In this document: piece by piece, positions 1-9,264 of the stretch
How positions within the stretch are numbered: the first letter of the stretch is position 1
How the letters are laid out: each line of letters starts with the position of its first letter
Assembly: GCA_964648105.1 (NCBI GenBank)
Contig: CAZYMH010000001.1
Span: forward strand, 143,999 to 207,998
DNA length: 64,000 nt
Direction: 5' to 3'
Origin: an uncultured Candidatus Saccharibacteria bacterium
GTDB lineage: Bacteria > Patescibacteriota > Saccharimonadia > Saccharimonadales > 2-12-FULL-41-12
Program-made: the position numbers and the translations under genes
The notes under the pieces: generated by a model
Told to the model about the DNA's origin: nothing
Databases searched by the model: none
What the model saw: only the letters and a program-made list of their open reading frames with translations

Positions 1-282
1 TAGCAACATCAGCCCAATTGTACCGAGCGAAGAAAACCCGATAAGTCCCAGTACTGTGTTAGGTACACCAGCAATTTCGGCTTGTTTTGATGTCATTACC
101 GAGCCACAACTAATAATCGGGTTAATATTACATTCAGGCACAAAACTTGGGTCTTTTAAGACATGGATTTTGTCGGCTGTTAATACAAATGAGGCCACCA
201 ACCCAACAATTGCAACCAAAATCATAATATAAGGCAAATACTGCTGTACCCAAAGTTTGTTAGATTTTTTTAACTTCACCAT
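1..282 (-). CDS. Vitamin K epoxide reductase (VKOR)-family membrane protein, N-terminal part; gene runs off the left edge
   Basis: Own translation of minus strand from ATG 282-280: MVKLKKSNKLWVQQYLPYIMILVAIVGLVASFVLTADKIHVLKDPSFVPECNINPIISCGSVMTSKQAEIAGVPNTVLGLIGF... It has a TM helix, then a C-x7-C loop, then S/T and a Gly-rich helix, as in VKOR N-termini. It is absent from the ORF track because it has no stop in the window. Confidence 0.5.
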   Translation of the reverse strand, partial: MVKLKKSNKLWVQQYLPYIMILVAIVGLVASFVLTADKIHVLKDPSFVPECNINPIISCGSVMTSKQAEIAGVPNTVLGLIGFSSLGTIGLMLL

Positions 283-352
283 AAACTAATATAATTATAA
301 GTAAGTCTTAGTCGATTAAGCAATAGCTAATAACTTTAAATTATTTAGTAAG

Positions 353-1363
353 TTATTGGGCCGCAAAAGTAACCACGACGGGGTGATGGTCGGTTAATTG
401 AGGCAGAACCCTGGCAGTGCCATAGCTCAACACGTTATTTGGACGATAAATGCATGTATCGATTTTGCCACCTAACGGCGAAGAGTTAGTCGGCAAAAGT
501 GCTGTCATAAATTCGCGTTTGACTGCTTTAAGAGCTAATTTTGTATCTTGCTCATTAAAATCTTGGCAAAAAATTGTGGTCGGTTTAACCTCACGGTCAT
601 CAGGGCTAGCCGCAAAATCTAGGGACTTTTCAATCTGTTCTTCGTGATAGCCATGCTCGGTTCGCGGCGAAACATGCCCAGTGCCAATACTGATTATCCG
701 AACTTTGCCATGGCTATCGACTACTCTTGCTCTAAACCTAAAATTTCGCCTAGTTTCTTCGTAATTTTTGCTAATATTGGACGAAATATTATTAAAATTC
801 CCTCCAGCAATCGATAAAAATAATTGCTTAGTAGCCACAAAGACATTATCGAGTGTCGCTTGACTTTGCAAAGTTTGATAATCGATCGAACCAAGAGCAG
901 GTTGGCGTGAAATTATTAAGTTGCCTTGACCATTTAAATAATTATCTGACTTAACAAAATAAATATAAGACTCGATTCCCTCTCGTTTTAAGTAATTGCC
1001 AATAATTTGCTCGTCTGACTTGTGAACTTCTTGCAAGCTAAAAAAATCGACCTGGTTGGTTTCGTAAATCTCCTTTATGTCATTAAGATGATACTTAGTT
1101 TTGCCTTGCATATTCCAAGTGCCAACAATTGTTTGCTTATCCAAATATTTAATTTGATCGTTTAGGCTTTTGTAATTGGCATTTGTTGGAGCGGGTTCAT
1201 AAGATTCAATTACCTTTGCATCCTCGACACCTTTCAAGCCAGCGACTACAGAGCTAGTCGCCAGATAAGCCAAAGCAAGATAGCCTGCTCTATGCCTACG
1301 CCTAGATAATCTATCCTCAAACTCTAATCGAGTAGTTTGATCGAGTGCCTCGGGATTGTTCAC
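353..1363 (-). CDS. Endonuclease/exonuclease/phosphatase (EEP) family protein with N-terminal membrane anchor
   Basis: 336-aa ORF. Hydrophobic segment AGYLALAYLATSSVVAGL follows a basic stretch. EEP-type motifs are VGTWNMQGK, FFSLQEV and C-terminal LTDHHPV. Confidence 0.7.
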   Translation of the reverse strand: MNNPEALDQTTRLEFEDRLSRRRHRAGYLALAYLATSSVVAGLKGVEDAKVIESYEPAPTNANYKSLNDQIKYLDKQTIVGTWNMQGKTKYHLNDIKEIYETNQVDFFSLQEVHKSDEQIIGNYLKREGIESYIYFVKSDNYLNGQGNLIISRQPALGSIDYQTLQSQATLDNVFVATKQLFLSIAGGNFNNISSNISKNYEETRRNFRFRARVVDSHGKVRIISIGTGHVSPRTEHGYHEEQIEKSLDFAASPDDREVKPTTIFCQDFNEQDTKLALKAVKREFMTALLPTNSSPLGGKIDTCIYRPNNVLSYGTARVLPQLTDHHPVVVTFAAQ

Positions 1364-1491
1364 TACTGATATTATTAAATAAACTAGCTAAATAGTAAAG
1401 TAGTTCATTGATTTTTTAGGAGTTATTTGAGGCTTTTTGTCGAAAAAGCTGTAAATGTATTAAAATAAAGTCAAAATTATATGGAGATTTC

Positions 1492-2118
1492 ATGAAGAAT
1501 GTATCAAAAAAGCAAACCAGATTTTTAATTACTATAATTGTTGGGTTAGTAGTGGGCATTGTAGCTAATTTACTACACAAAAAATGGCAAATTTCGATTC
1601 TAGCAGGCTGGGACTGTGCGGTTATTGCAATGCTAGTGATGCTCTGGCGAGATTTTAGCCGCCACACTGCAGAGCAAACAGCTACAATTGCTAAGCAAGA
1701 TGATATGAATCGATCATTACTCGATGTAATTATGTCGTTAGCTGCAATAGCTAGCTTGGGTGCAGTAGTTATACTCCTTACTGGCAAAGATTCGGGAATG
1801 AGTCGGATTGCCTTTGGACTTGTTAGCATTGTTTTGTCATGGATACTTGTGCATGCCTTGTACACCTTGCGTTATGCAGCTCTTTATTATAGAAATCCTG
1901 TTGGGGGAGTGGATTTTAATTCAAGCAGCAAACCAGATTTTAAAGATTTTGCTTATTTAGCTTTTACGATCGGCATGACTTACCAAGTATCAGATACCAG
2001 CTTGACATCTAAAGAGTTCCGTCGGACTGCTCTTCATCATGCATTGTTGTCGTTTGTTTTTGGCACTTCTATTATCGCTGTTAGCATCAATTTAGTCGCC
2101 AGCATCGTCAGTGGCTAA
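1492..2118 (+). CDS. DUF1345-family integral membrane protein
   Basis: 208-aa ORF with several hydrophobic helices and the DFAYLAFTIGMTYQVSD motif typical of DUF1345. Confidence 0.6.
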   Translation: MKNVSKKQTRFLITIIVGLVVGIVANLLHKKWQISILAGWDCAVIAMLVMLWRDFSRHTAEQTATIAKQDDMNRSLLDVIMSLAAIASLGAVVILLTGKDSGMSRIAFGLVSIVLSWILVHALYTLRYAALYYRNPVGGVDFNSSSKPDFKDFAYLAFTIGMTYQVSDTSLTSKEFRRTALHHALLSFVFGTSIIAVSINLVASIVSG

Positions 2119-2127
2119 TAATTAATA

Positions 2128-2526
2128 TTAGGCCCGTGAGTTAGGGCCAAATATTTTAAAAATAGCATAGCTTTTTATAACATTTCGACCATATTTTTTT
2201 GAATTATCTTTACGTTTACTAATTTCTGCTAGGTCACGTTGGTGAGCTGCACGTTGGATTTCACTTGATCTAGCGAAAACTCTTTTTGCGGTACCTTCTT
2301 GAATTTCTTCTAAAGTTTTTAAGGCCTCAGGATTAGGGAGAATATCACCGGAAACAGCAATATCACCAATTTTTTTGGCCAATTCCTTGCCACCTAAATC
2401 GTTAGCAACCTCATGTAATGCTAGAAGTAAATAACCACCCACAGCCTGCCAGTCGCTTCTTAATACACTAGCGTCTACCTCAAAATCCTTAACTATATTT
2501 GTTTGCCCTTCGTTCACTTCACTCAT
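2128..2526 (-). CDS. Hypothetical protein
   Basis: 132-aa ORF with a tight fit between neighbours. No motif recognised. Confidence 0.35.
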   Translation of the reverse strand: MSEVNEGQTNIVKDFEVDASVLRSDWQAVGGYLLLALHEVANDLGGKELAKKIGDIAVSGDILPNPEALKTLEEIQEGTAKRVFARSSEIQRAAHQRDLAEISKRKDNSKKYGRNVIKSYAIFKIFGPNSRA

Positions 2527-2664
2527 ATCTAAAAATTACTATGACATAAATCGTCTGTCAAATACAATAAAAATCTTTAACCAATACTGAAATATTTTTA
2601 GCCCATATATTATAAAACTAAATCCACCATACGATTTGATGGTGGATTTAAGTTAAATTTCTTC

Positions 2665-2741
2665 TGGTCGGGGATAAAGGACTCGAACCTTCGACCTCGC
2701 GGTCCCAAACCGCGCGCGCTAGCCAACTGCGCCAATCCCCG
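2665..2741 (-). tRNA. tRNA-Pro (anticodon UGG), CCA encoded
   Basis: Reverse complement reads CGGGGATTGGCGCAGTTGGCTAGCGCGCGCGGTTTGGGACCGCGAGGTCGAAGGTTCGAGTCCTTTATCCCCGACCA. It has a 7-bp acceptor stem CGGGGAT/ATCCCCG, anticodon loop TTTGGGA, and T-loop GGTTCGAGTCC. The track ORF 2610-2795 is an artefact of this gene. Confidence 0.9.
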
Positions 2742-2862
2742 TGATTGACTACCAACAGAGGTAAGTATATCAAAAATATAGATAATATCAATCAAATTAG
2801 CTAGTTAAATAAGAAGTTACTCTTATAAAAGTGATAAAATAGCCACATAACTCACCGCTATA

Positions 2863-4425
2863 ATGATTAGTAAAAACGACTACCAAAAGATTATAAACAG
2901 CCTCAAAGTCGGCAATTCAGTCGCCGAACATGATTTTATTCTAAAAGATGCTATGGTTGATACACCGATTTTTAGTGCAGTTCTAGATGATGATTACGAC
3001 ATTGTCACCGGCAGAAAAGGAGCTGGTAAAACAGCAATTTTTAGGATAATTGGCAAGGAAAAACTAGATGATTTATTTCTAAAAGAAGATCTGGTTGTCA
3101 TCAGTGGTGTAAACGCAAGCTCCGAGTCGATATTTGCTGCATTTAAAAAAGATTTTGAAAATTTTAATGAAGATGATTTTGAAAATTTTTGGAAAATCTA
3201 CTTTGTATCTCTAGCTCATAATTTGTTTTTGAAGTCTCAGATATATAGCAATAATTTAAAGAACTGCCAGAACGAAATTGAAAAATTCAAAAAACACGCT
3301 AATAATGCGGGTATACCAGATATCCCAGCTCAACTAAGTCTCAAGCAAATACTAGAATGGGCGGTCGGTGTACTGAAAAATATAAAACGAGTCAAGGCCA
3401 GCCTGGGTGCCAATGCAAATACATCTTTGTTTGGTGCAGAACTGGAGTTTGAGCTTAAAGAGACTGCTCAGACAAAAATAAAAAAACACACTATTTACAT
3501 AAGTGAAATTGCATCTTCTCTAGATTTAATCTTAAAAAAGAGCGACTTAAAATTATGGATAATCTTGGATCGTTTAGATGAAGTTTTTGACAGATACAGC
3601 ATGGTCGAGTTCAACGGATTAAGAGGCCTACTGAAAGCTTATAAAAGTTTTGGCGTAGTCGAAAGCAGCAACCGGATAAGAGTAAAGTTATTTCTCCGTG
3701 ACGATATCAAACAATTCCTGACTGAGGAAAAATCGTTCAAGCAATATTACCCAAGCCAAAATATTAGACCACTTGTCGCTGCGACTCACATATTCGCCAA
3801 AGAATCGCCAGTTTTAAACTGGTCAGAAGATGAAATACAGCAGCTAATACTATTTCGGCTTTTGCAGAGCAGTCAACTAAGAAAGTTCGTAGACTTAAAA
3901 GCTGATTCCTCTTTCAACATAAGAGAAAAACTTCGTGACAAAAACTTAAGAATCGACATTTGGAATAAAATATTTCCTGAAAAAATAGTAAACTCTACTT
4001 CACTGCACTGGATTTATAACCGACTTAAAGATTCCAATGATGTTGTTACGCCGAGGTCAGTGATTGATATGTTAAATGAAGCAACCGAATTCCAGAAGAA
4101 AGAGATTTCTCTGAACTTCGAAGATAAAGAATACGTGTTTCCACTAGAGGCACTGAAAAAAGGGTTGGAAAAAGCATCAATAAATAAACTTGAGAACGAT
4201 ATTTACAATGAATTCCCAAAAAATCAGAAATATATAGAAAAATTAAGTCGTGCGGGAAAACACAAGTTAAGCAAAAAAGATTTGCAGAAAATATATGGCA
4301 AAGATTGGGAAGATATCGCCGAAAATCTGCGAAGAATTGGTATTTTATACTTTATTAAAAGTAGTAATGATTACCGTGTAGTGCTTCTGTTTAGGCCAGC
4401 TCTAAAAATCAGCTATAAGTACTAA
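2863..4425 (+). CDS. Orphan P-loop NTPase (STAND/Sll1717-like ATPase), function unknown
   Basis: 520-aa ORF. Walker A is GRKGAGKT about 50 aa from the N-terminus. Walker B-like motif is LWIILDRLDE. A long helical C-terminal region follows with no recognisable effector domain. By eye it is more AT-rich than its neighbours. Confidence 0.6.
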   Translation: MISKNDYQKIINSLKVGNSVAEHDFILKDAMVDTPIFSAVLDDDYDIVTGRKGAGKTAIFRIIGKEKLDDLFLKEDLVVISGVNASSESIFAAFKKDFENFNEDDFENFWKIYFVSLAHNLFLKSQIYSNNLKNCQNEIEKFKKHANNAGIPDIPAQLSLKQILEWAVGVLKNIKRVKASLGANANTSLFGAELEFELKETAQTKIKKHTIYISEIASSLDLILKKSDLKLWIILDRLDEVFDRYSMVEFNGLRGLLKAYKSFGVVESSNRIRVKLFLRDDIKQFLTEEKSFKQYYPSQNIRPLVAATHIFAKESPVLNWSEDEIQQLILFRLLQSSQLRKFVDLKADSSFNIREKLRDKNLRIDIWNKIFPEKIVNSTSLHWIYNRLKDSNDVVTPRSVIDMLNEATEFQKKEISLNFEDKEYVFPLEALKKGLEKASINKLENDIYNEFPKNQKYIEKLSRAGKHKLSKKDLQKIYGKDWEDIAENLRRIGILYFIKSSNDYRVVLLFRPALKISYKY

Positions 4426-4433
4426 AAAGATTT

Positions 4434-5222
4434 TTAGATTATTTTCTGGATTTGTCTAATGGAGACTGGTTTATTGTTTGCCTCAAGCTCAATAATAACA
4501 GCATTGAACTGGAACGGCATTTCTTCTGACATTTCATTTTTGGAAGGTCGGCCACTTAACCAGCGATCAATTATCGTATCAGTTTTTACACCCAACGATG
4601 AATGCAGGCTACCACACATACCAACATCTGTGATATGAGCCGTACCTTTTGGCAAGATCATAGCATCGGCCGTCGGAACGTGCCAATGATCGCCTATTAC
4701 CGCCGACACTCGACCATCTAAATAGTAGCCAATCACCCTTTTTTCGCTAGAAAAGTCACCATGAAAATTAACAATCGAAACATCAAAATTAGCCTTTTCT
4801 TTGGCTAAAATTTCGTCGATTTTTATCAATGGATTCGTAATCTCGACTCTTTGATTGCCGACTGTTTGACCTAAAAGACTAGCAATCAAAATTCGCTTAC
4901 CCATATGCTCTATAATCTGGTAGCCACGGCCATTCCTAGCTAGCACGTTGGCTGGTCTTACTACTGGTAAATCGGTGTTTTCGTAAACACCATCAGCTTC
5001 ACCATGATTAAAACTATGATTGCCGCCACTAAAGAAATCAACACCGTTTTTTTGCAATGATTCTAGCTCATAACGCGAAGGAGCTTTGCCGTCGTTACCA
5101 GCATTCTCACCTTGGGCAATCACAAAATCTACCTTGTTCCCCTTTTTTGTATCATGCAAAACTTGGCCAATCACTTTTCGACCAGCCAGTCCCATTACAT
5201 CACCGCAATATAATATTTTCAT
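4434..5222 (-). CDS. ymdB: YmdB-like metallophosphoesterase (2',3'-cyclic-nucleotide phosphodiesterase family, TIGR00282-like)
   Basis: 262 aa. N-terminus MKILYCGDVMGLAGRKV and the GENAGNDG / GNH / HGD metallophosphoesterase signatures are present. It lies in an operon with rny, as in Firmicutes. Confidence 0.8.
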   Translation of the reverse strand: MKILYCGDVMGLAGRKVIGQVLHDTKKGNKVDFVIAQGENAGNDGKAPSRYELESLQKNGVDFFSGGNHSFNHGEADGVYENTDLPVVRPANVLARNGRGYQIIEHMGKRILIASLLGQTVGNQRVEITNPLIKIDEILAKEKANFDVSIVNFHGDFSSEKRVIGYYLDGRVSAVIGDHWHVPTADAMILPKGTAHITDVGMCGSLHSSLGVKTDTIIDRWLSGRPSKNEMSEEMPFQFNAVIIELEANNKPVSIRQIQKII

Positions 5223-5225
5223 CTT

Positions 5226-6107
5226 TTAACTCTTTTTGGGAGCAAAACTAATCTGCATATCTAAATTTCTAATATCTTTAGGAGCTAATCGAAAATGATA
5301 ATTGTCTTTATTCTTGCTGTTGGGAGTGCCGAGGTAAGTCGGTTCGACGCAAAAATATTTATCAGGCTGATCAGACCAAATCACAAATCGCCCTTCACCA
5401 CCAGCCGCTTGGCTAACTCGCATGGTTTTATCGGCAATATCAAATTCTACCCATTTTACATCTGGAGAAATGTTTTGAGATTTAGCTAACTGCTGAGCTG
5501 AAAAAGATTTTTGGTGTTGATTATCGTGTCGATAACTCCCAAATCTAAAAACAATCTTATCGGCAGACTGACCTTCTTGAACTGGAAAATAAGGGTGATA
5601 GCCAGGTGCGACCGGAATTTCTTCCTCTTCACTCAAATTTTCTAACCTCATTAGCGAATTAAGGATTATTTCGCCAGGATTGGCTTGACCACCGTTTAGG
5701 ATTTTGTTATTTGAGGCAGGCTGCAAGCTATAAATCACATCAACTACTAAATCATTATAGATTCTAGGAATACTATCGTCTTGGTGATTAGGATTTTCTA
5801 AGACAAATAATTTGCCTTCGGGATACTGGTGTTTTTTATATTGCCATTCTAAATCTCGGCCATAGCCATGTTGATTAAGTCCATAAAACTTGGCTCCCGC
5901 TCCAAACACAGGCACACAAAGCGGGATTCCGCCGCGTACTTTATTACCAACTACCTGATTAGGAAATAATAAATCTCGACCATTATTATCTTGAAGCTTC
6001 TCTAGCAAAGCACCTTGATGGTTGATTTCGGCCTTGAAGCCTTTACTATGAAGTCGTTCGATTCGACTAGGAATTATGATTTCAGGACTGAGCACTTTAC
6101 TTGGCAA
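5226..6107 (-). CDS. Aldose 1-epimerase-like / hexose-6-phosphate mutarotase-like protein
   Basis: 293 aa. The GGIPLCVPVFG motif resembles the YeaD/glucose-6-P 1-epimerase family. It is wedged between rny (11-nt overlap) and ymdB (3-nt gap). Confidence 0.55.
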   Translation of the reverse strand: MPSKVLSPEIIIPSRIERLHSKGFKAEINHQGALLEKLQDNNGRDLLFPNQVVGNKVRGGIPLCVPVFGAGAKFYGLNQHGYGRDLEWQYKKHQYPEGKLFVLENPNHQDDSIPRIYNDLVVDVIYSLQPASNNKILNGGQANPGEIILNSLMRLENLSEEEEIPVAPGYHPYFPVQEGQSADKIVFRFGSYRHDNQHQKSFSAQQLAKSQNISPDVKWVEFDIADKTMRVSQAAGGEGRFVIWSDQPDKYFCVEPTYLGTPNSKNKDNYHFRLAPKDIRNLDMQISFAPKKS

Positions 6108-7611
6108 ATTCTATGGCCCGTGTTTCGCGAATTACATTGACTTTGATTGTACCAGGATACTGCATAGTTGATTCAATCTTGTTTGCCACATCGCGAGCTA
6201 ATTTAATCGCTCCAAGATCATCAAGGTCGGTTGGCTTAACAAAGACTCTTACTTCGCGGCCAGCACTGATTGCATAAGATTTTTCTACACCACTAAAGCT
6301 ATTGGCGGTATTTTCTAGATCACGCATTCGCTCAGCAAAGTTTTCTTGAGAGATGTTTCTGGCTCCAGGGCGAGCTGCTGAAATTGCATCAACTACTCGG
6401 ACCACCAAAGCTTCTTTTGTTGTAGCTTCTACATCATCATGATGAGCTTCGATAGCGTGGGCAATTGGCTCTGGTACTCCGTATTTACGAGCGATTTCGG
6501 CACCAATATGGTGATGTTTACCCTCAATTTTATGAGTTAGGGCCTTGCCCATATCATGCAAAAGTGCCGCGTATTTGACTGTCTTGGTATCGGCACCAAT
6601 TTGCTCAGCAATTACACCTGCCATATGAGCCATTTCGGTTGAGTGCTTAAGTACGTTCTGGCCATAACTAGTTCTGAATTTTAGCTCACCCAAATACTGT
6701 AAAATTTCTTTCGGAATACCAACTATACCAACTTCGCGGGCCGCGTCTTCAGCTGTTCGCATAACATCTTTTTGGACTTGTTTTTGGGCTTTGTCGACAA
6801 CTTCTTCGATTCGGCCTGGGTGGACACGACCATCTTTGAGAAGCATTTCGAGAGCTACACGGGCTACTTCTCGTCTAACAGGGTCAAAGCTTGAGAGGAT
6901 AATCATGCCTGGTGTGTCATCGACCATAATATCTACGCCAGTTGCTCTTTGTAGAGCCTGAATATTACGGCCTTCTTTACCAATTATTCGACCCTTCATC
7001 TCTTCGTCGTCTAATTTAACAGATGTCACGGTCCGCTCGGCAGTTACTTCGCTGGCCATTCGCTCCATTGCTTCGACTATCAAGGTCGAGGCTTTCTCTT
7101 CGGCCAAATCTTTAGTCTCATTTTGAATTTTGGCAACTAAGCCAATCAAGTCAGCCCTAATATCGCGTTCGGTCATTTGCATTAGCTTATCTGCCGCTTC
7201 ACTTTTAGTTAGTTTAGCGATTTTTTCGAGCTTATCTTGCTGCTTAGTCCGAATGTCGCGTATCTCATTTTTTAGAGCTTCGACTTCGTCTTCGCCTTTT
7301 CGCAGCTGATCACTACGTTTGTCTAGATTATCAAGCTTTTTATCTAGAGCCTCTTCGCGGTCAAGTAAGCGTTGCTCGATCTGTTTATACTCGGCACGAC
7401 GAGATTTTTCGTCTTTGCGAGCTGTATCAGCAATCTCACTAGCTTCTTCGCGGGCTTTAGTTAGTAATTTTTCGGCTTCTTTTTTTGCTCTATTTGCCTC
7501 TTTTTCGGCTTTTTCTTCTAAGTTGCCTTGTTTCTTCTTAGCCGCCACAGTGCTAGCCCCAAAACCGCCAGCAATACCAGCAATTACCAAAGCAATTGTT
7601 ATTGGATCCAT
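6097..7611 (-). CDS. rny: Ribonuclease Y
   Basis: 504 aa. Features are an N-terminal TM helix, a long charged coiled coil, a KH domain (GRIIGKEGRNI) and an HD domain (LLHDMGK). Confidence 0.92.
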   Translation of the reverse strand: MDPITIALVIAGIAGGFGASTVAAKKKQGNLEEKAEKEANRAKKEAEKLLTKAREEASEIADTARKDEKSRRAEYKQIEQRLLDREEALDKKLDNLDKRSDQLRKGEDEVEALKNEIRDIRTKQQDKLEKIAKLTKSEAADKLMQMTERDIRADLIGLVAKIQNETKDLAEEKASTLIVEAMERMASEVTAERTVTSVKLDDEEMKGRIIGKEGRNIQALQRATGVDIMVDDTPGMIILSSFDPVRREVARVALEMLLKDGRVHPGRIEEVVDKAQKQVQKDVMRTAEDAAREVGIVGIPKEILQYLGELKFRTSYGQNVLKHSTEMAHMAGVIAEQIGADTKTVKYAALLHDMGKALTHKIEGKHHHIGAEIARKYGVPEPIAHAIEAHHDDVEATTKEALVVRVVDAISAARPGARNISQENFAERMRDLENTANSFSGVEKSYAISAGREVRVFVKPTDLDDLGAIKLARDVANKIESTMQYPGTIKVNVIRETRAIEFAK

Positions 7612-7807
7612 AATTTCTCCTTTTGTTTTAGATATCAGTTTGGCTTTATATAAGCAGAGTCACTATCACTTCATTATCTAGCTTAAGCCGAAGCTGAAAA
7701 TTCAAATTAATTAATTAAAATCAGCTAGTAAATTGTCTAGTTAGTACACCTCTCACTAGCTTTAATACTTATTATACAGTATGTTTTGATTTAGTTGGCC
7801 TAAATGA

Positions 7808-8197
7808 CTATTTTTTGGGAGTAGTAATGTGAGGATCAGCTCCATAAATCGGTAAAACTTCGACTTGCGGGTGTGCTTTTAGTCCCGTTAGGGCAACTGC
7901 TTGCCAATTTTCTCCAGTTGCTGATTGCGTAGGAATATTAAGCGAAAAACACAGGCTATTTACTAACGAGGCTCCAATTCTTAATCCCGTAAAACTACCA
8001 GGACCCTCATAAAATATCACCCCTGTTAAATCCGAGTATTTCAGATTTTTTTGACCTAAAATATTATCTATTTGGTCAAAAATAGTTTCGCTTAGTTCGC
8101 GGTGAGCCTGCCAAGTTTGGTAGATTATTTGTTGGCCATTTTCTTGGTATAAACCTACTTCAGCCACTGGGTTATCGGTGCGAATACTCAAAATCAT
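7808..8197 (-). CDS. tsaB: tRNA t6A37 biosynthesis protein TsaB (short form)
   Basis: 129 aa with GPGSFTGLRIG. It overlaps tsaE by 4 nt. It is much shorter than typical TsaB (about 230 aa), keeping only the N-terminal ASKHA half. Confidence 0.7.
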   Translation of the reverse strand: MILSIRTDNPVAEVGLYQENGQQIIYQTWQAHRELSETIFDQIDNILGQKNLKYSDLTGVIFYEGPGSFTGLRIGASLVNSLCFSLNIPTQSATGENWQAVALTGLKAHPQVEVLPIYGADPHITTPKK

Positions 8198-8628
8198 GCT
8201 AGCTCGCCAATTCGTAAATTATCAATTTCAAAAAGTCGTGAATCGTTATCTTGTAATGAAATATGTATTTTAACAGGCTGGAGTTTGTCTAAAATACGCG
8301 TATTTTCGGCCCACTCAAGGAGCAAAATATCGTTTGGCTGTTTCATTTCGGCGATTTCATGCTCAATCAATTTATCGTCATTTAAGCGATAAAAATCACA
8401 GTGGTGAATGGTCCGCTGACCTGCTTTATATTGGTTACAAACTGTAAATGTCGGACTAGAAACATGATCAAAACTACCGAGCGACCGCACCAGATACCGT
8501 ACAAAGGTTGTTTTACCCGCTCCTACGTCACCTATCAACTCAATTACTTCACCACCTGTTAAACTAACTGCTACAAGTTTAGCTAGCTCGGCTGTTTGCG
8601 ATTCTTCTTTTATTTCGAATTTGTACAT
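8194..8628 (-). CDS. tsaE: tRNA t6A37 biosynthesis ATPase TsaE
   Basis: 144 aa with P-loop GDVGAGKTTFVR and the SPTFT motif. Confidence 0.85.
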   Translation of the reverse strand: MYKFEIKEESQTAELAKLVAVSLTGGEVIELIGDVGAGKTTFVRYLVRSLGSFDHVSSPTFTVCNQYKAGQRTIHHCDFYRLNDDKLIEHEIAEMKQPNDILLLEWAENTRILDKLQPVKIHISLQDNDSRLFEIDNLRIGELA

Positions 8629-8689
8629 TATAAACCGATTATAACAGATGACGCCCTAATACAGTTTGTAAGCGTTGTATAATAAAATT

Positions 8690-9214
8690 ATGCTTAAATT
8701 ATACGAGAATTTTCCAGGCACGCTTGTATTGTCATTAAGGGTTGGGCGACCAGTTGCAGAAGTGATTGAGCCGATCATCAACCCCAACAACCTGTTCATT
8801 GAAGGCTGGCGGGTCACAGATAATCAATCTAGAGATGTGCTAGTTTTGCTGACTCAAGATATACGCGAATTACTTTCAAAAGGCATAGCGATAGATGATT
8901 TTGATGTTTTGAGCGACGAAAAGGAGCTGATTCGACTAAAAAACATCACCAAATTAAAATTTCAGTTACTTGGCTTAAAGGTTGTTGATGAAAATGGTCA
9001 AAATTATGGCAAGGTTGTTGATTTTGCCTTCGAAACCAAGAGTTTTTATATCAAGAAAATTTACGCGGCACAGCCAATTATCAAAAGTATTTCTGGCAAA
9101 AGTCTAACGATTGACCGAACACAAATTATTGAGATAACTGACAAACGAATTGTTATTGAAGCACCTGTCGTAAAAGACCAAGAAACCAGTCTAGCCGCCG
9201 TCCCCGCAAGCTAA
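8690..9214 (+). CDS. Hypothetical protein (possibly PRC-barrel-like)
   Basis: The track ORF starts at TTG 8675, which lies inside a TATAAT-like string. ATG at 8690 (MLKLYENF...) is the more likely start. No firm motif. Confidence 0.35.
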   Translation: MLKLYENFPGTLVLSLRVGRPVAEVIEPIINPNNLFIEGWRVTDNQSRDVLVLLTQDIRELLSKGIAIDDFDVLSDEKELIRLKNITKLKFQLLGLKVVDENGQNYGKVVDFAFETKSFYIKKIYAAQPIIKSISGKSLTIDRTQIIEITDKRIVIEAPVVKDQETSLAAVPAS

Positions 9215-9264
9215 ATAAATGTTTTAGGCTATTTCGTGAATTAGTATAAATTTAAAATTACGAT

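Noticed and set aside
2857-2865. TATAAT overlapping the ATG of the P-loop NTPase (and a similar TATAAT 2 nt before the hrcA ATG) as evidence for leaderless transcripts
   Set aside because: A -10 box ending at the start codon would place the transcription start downstream of the ATG. AT-rich DNA produces TATAAT strings by chance, so this cannot be supported from sequence alone.
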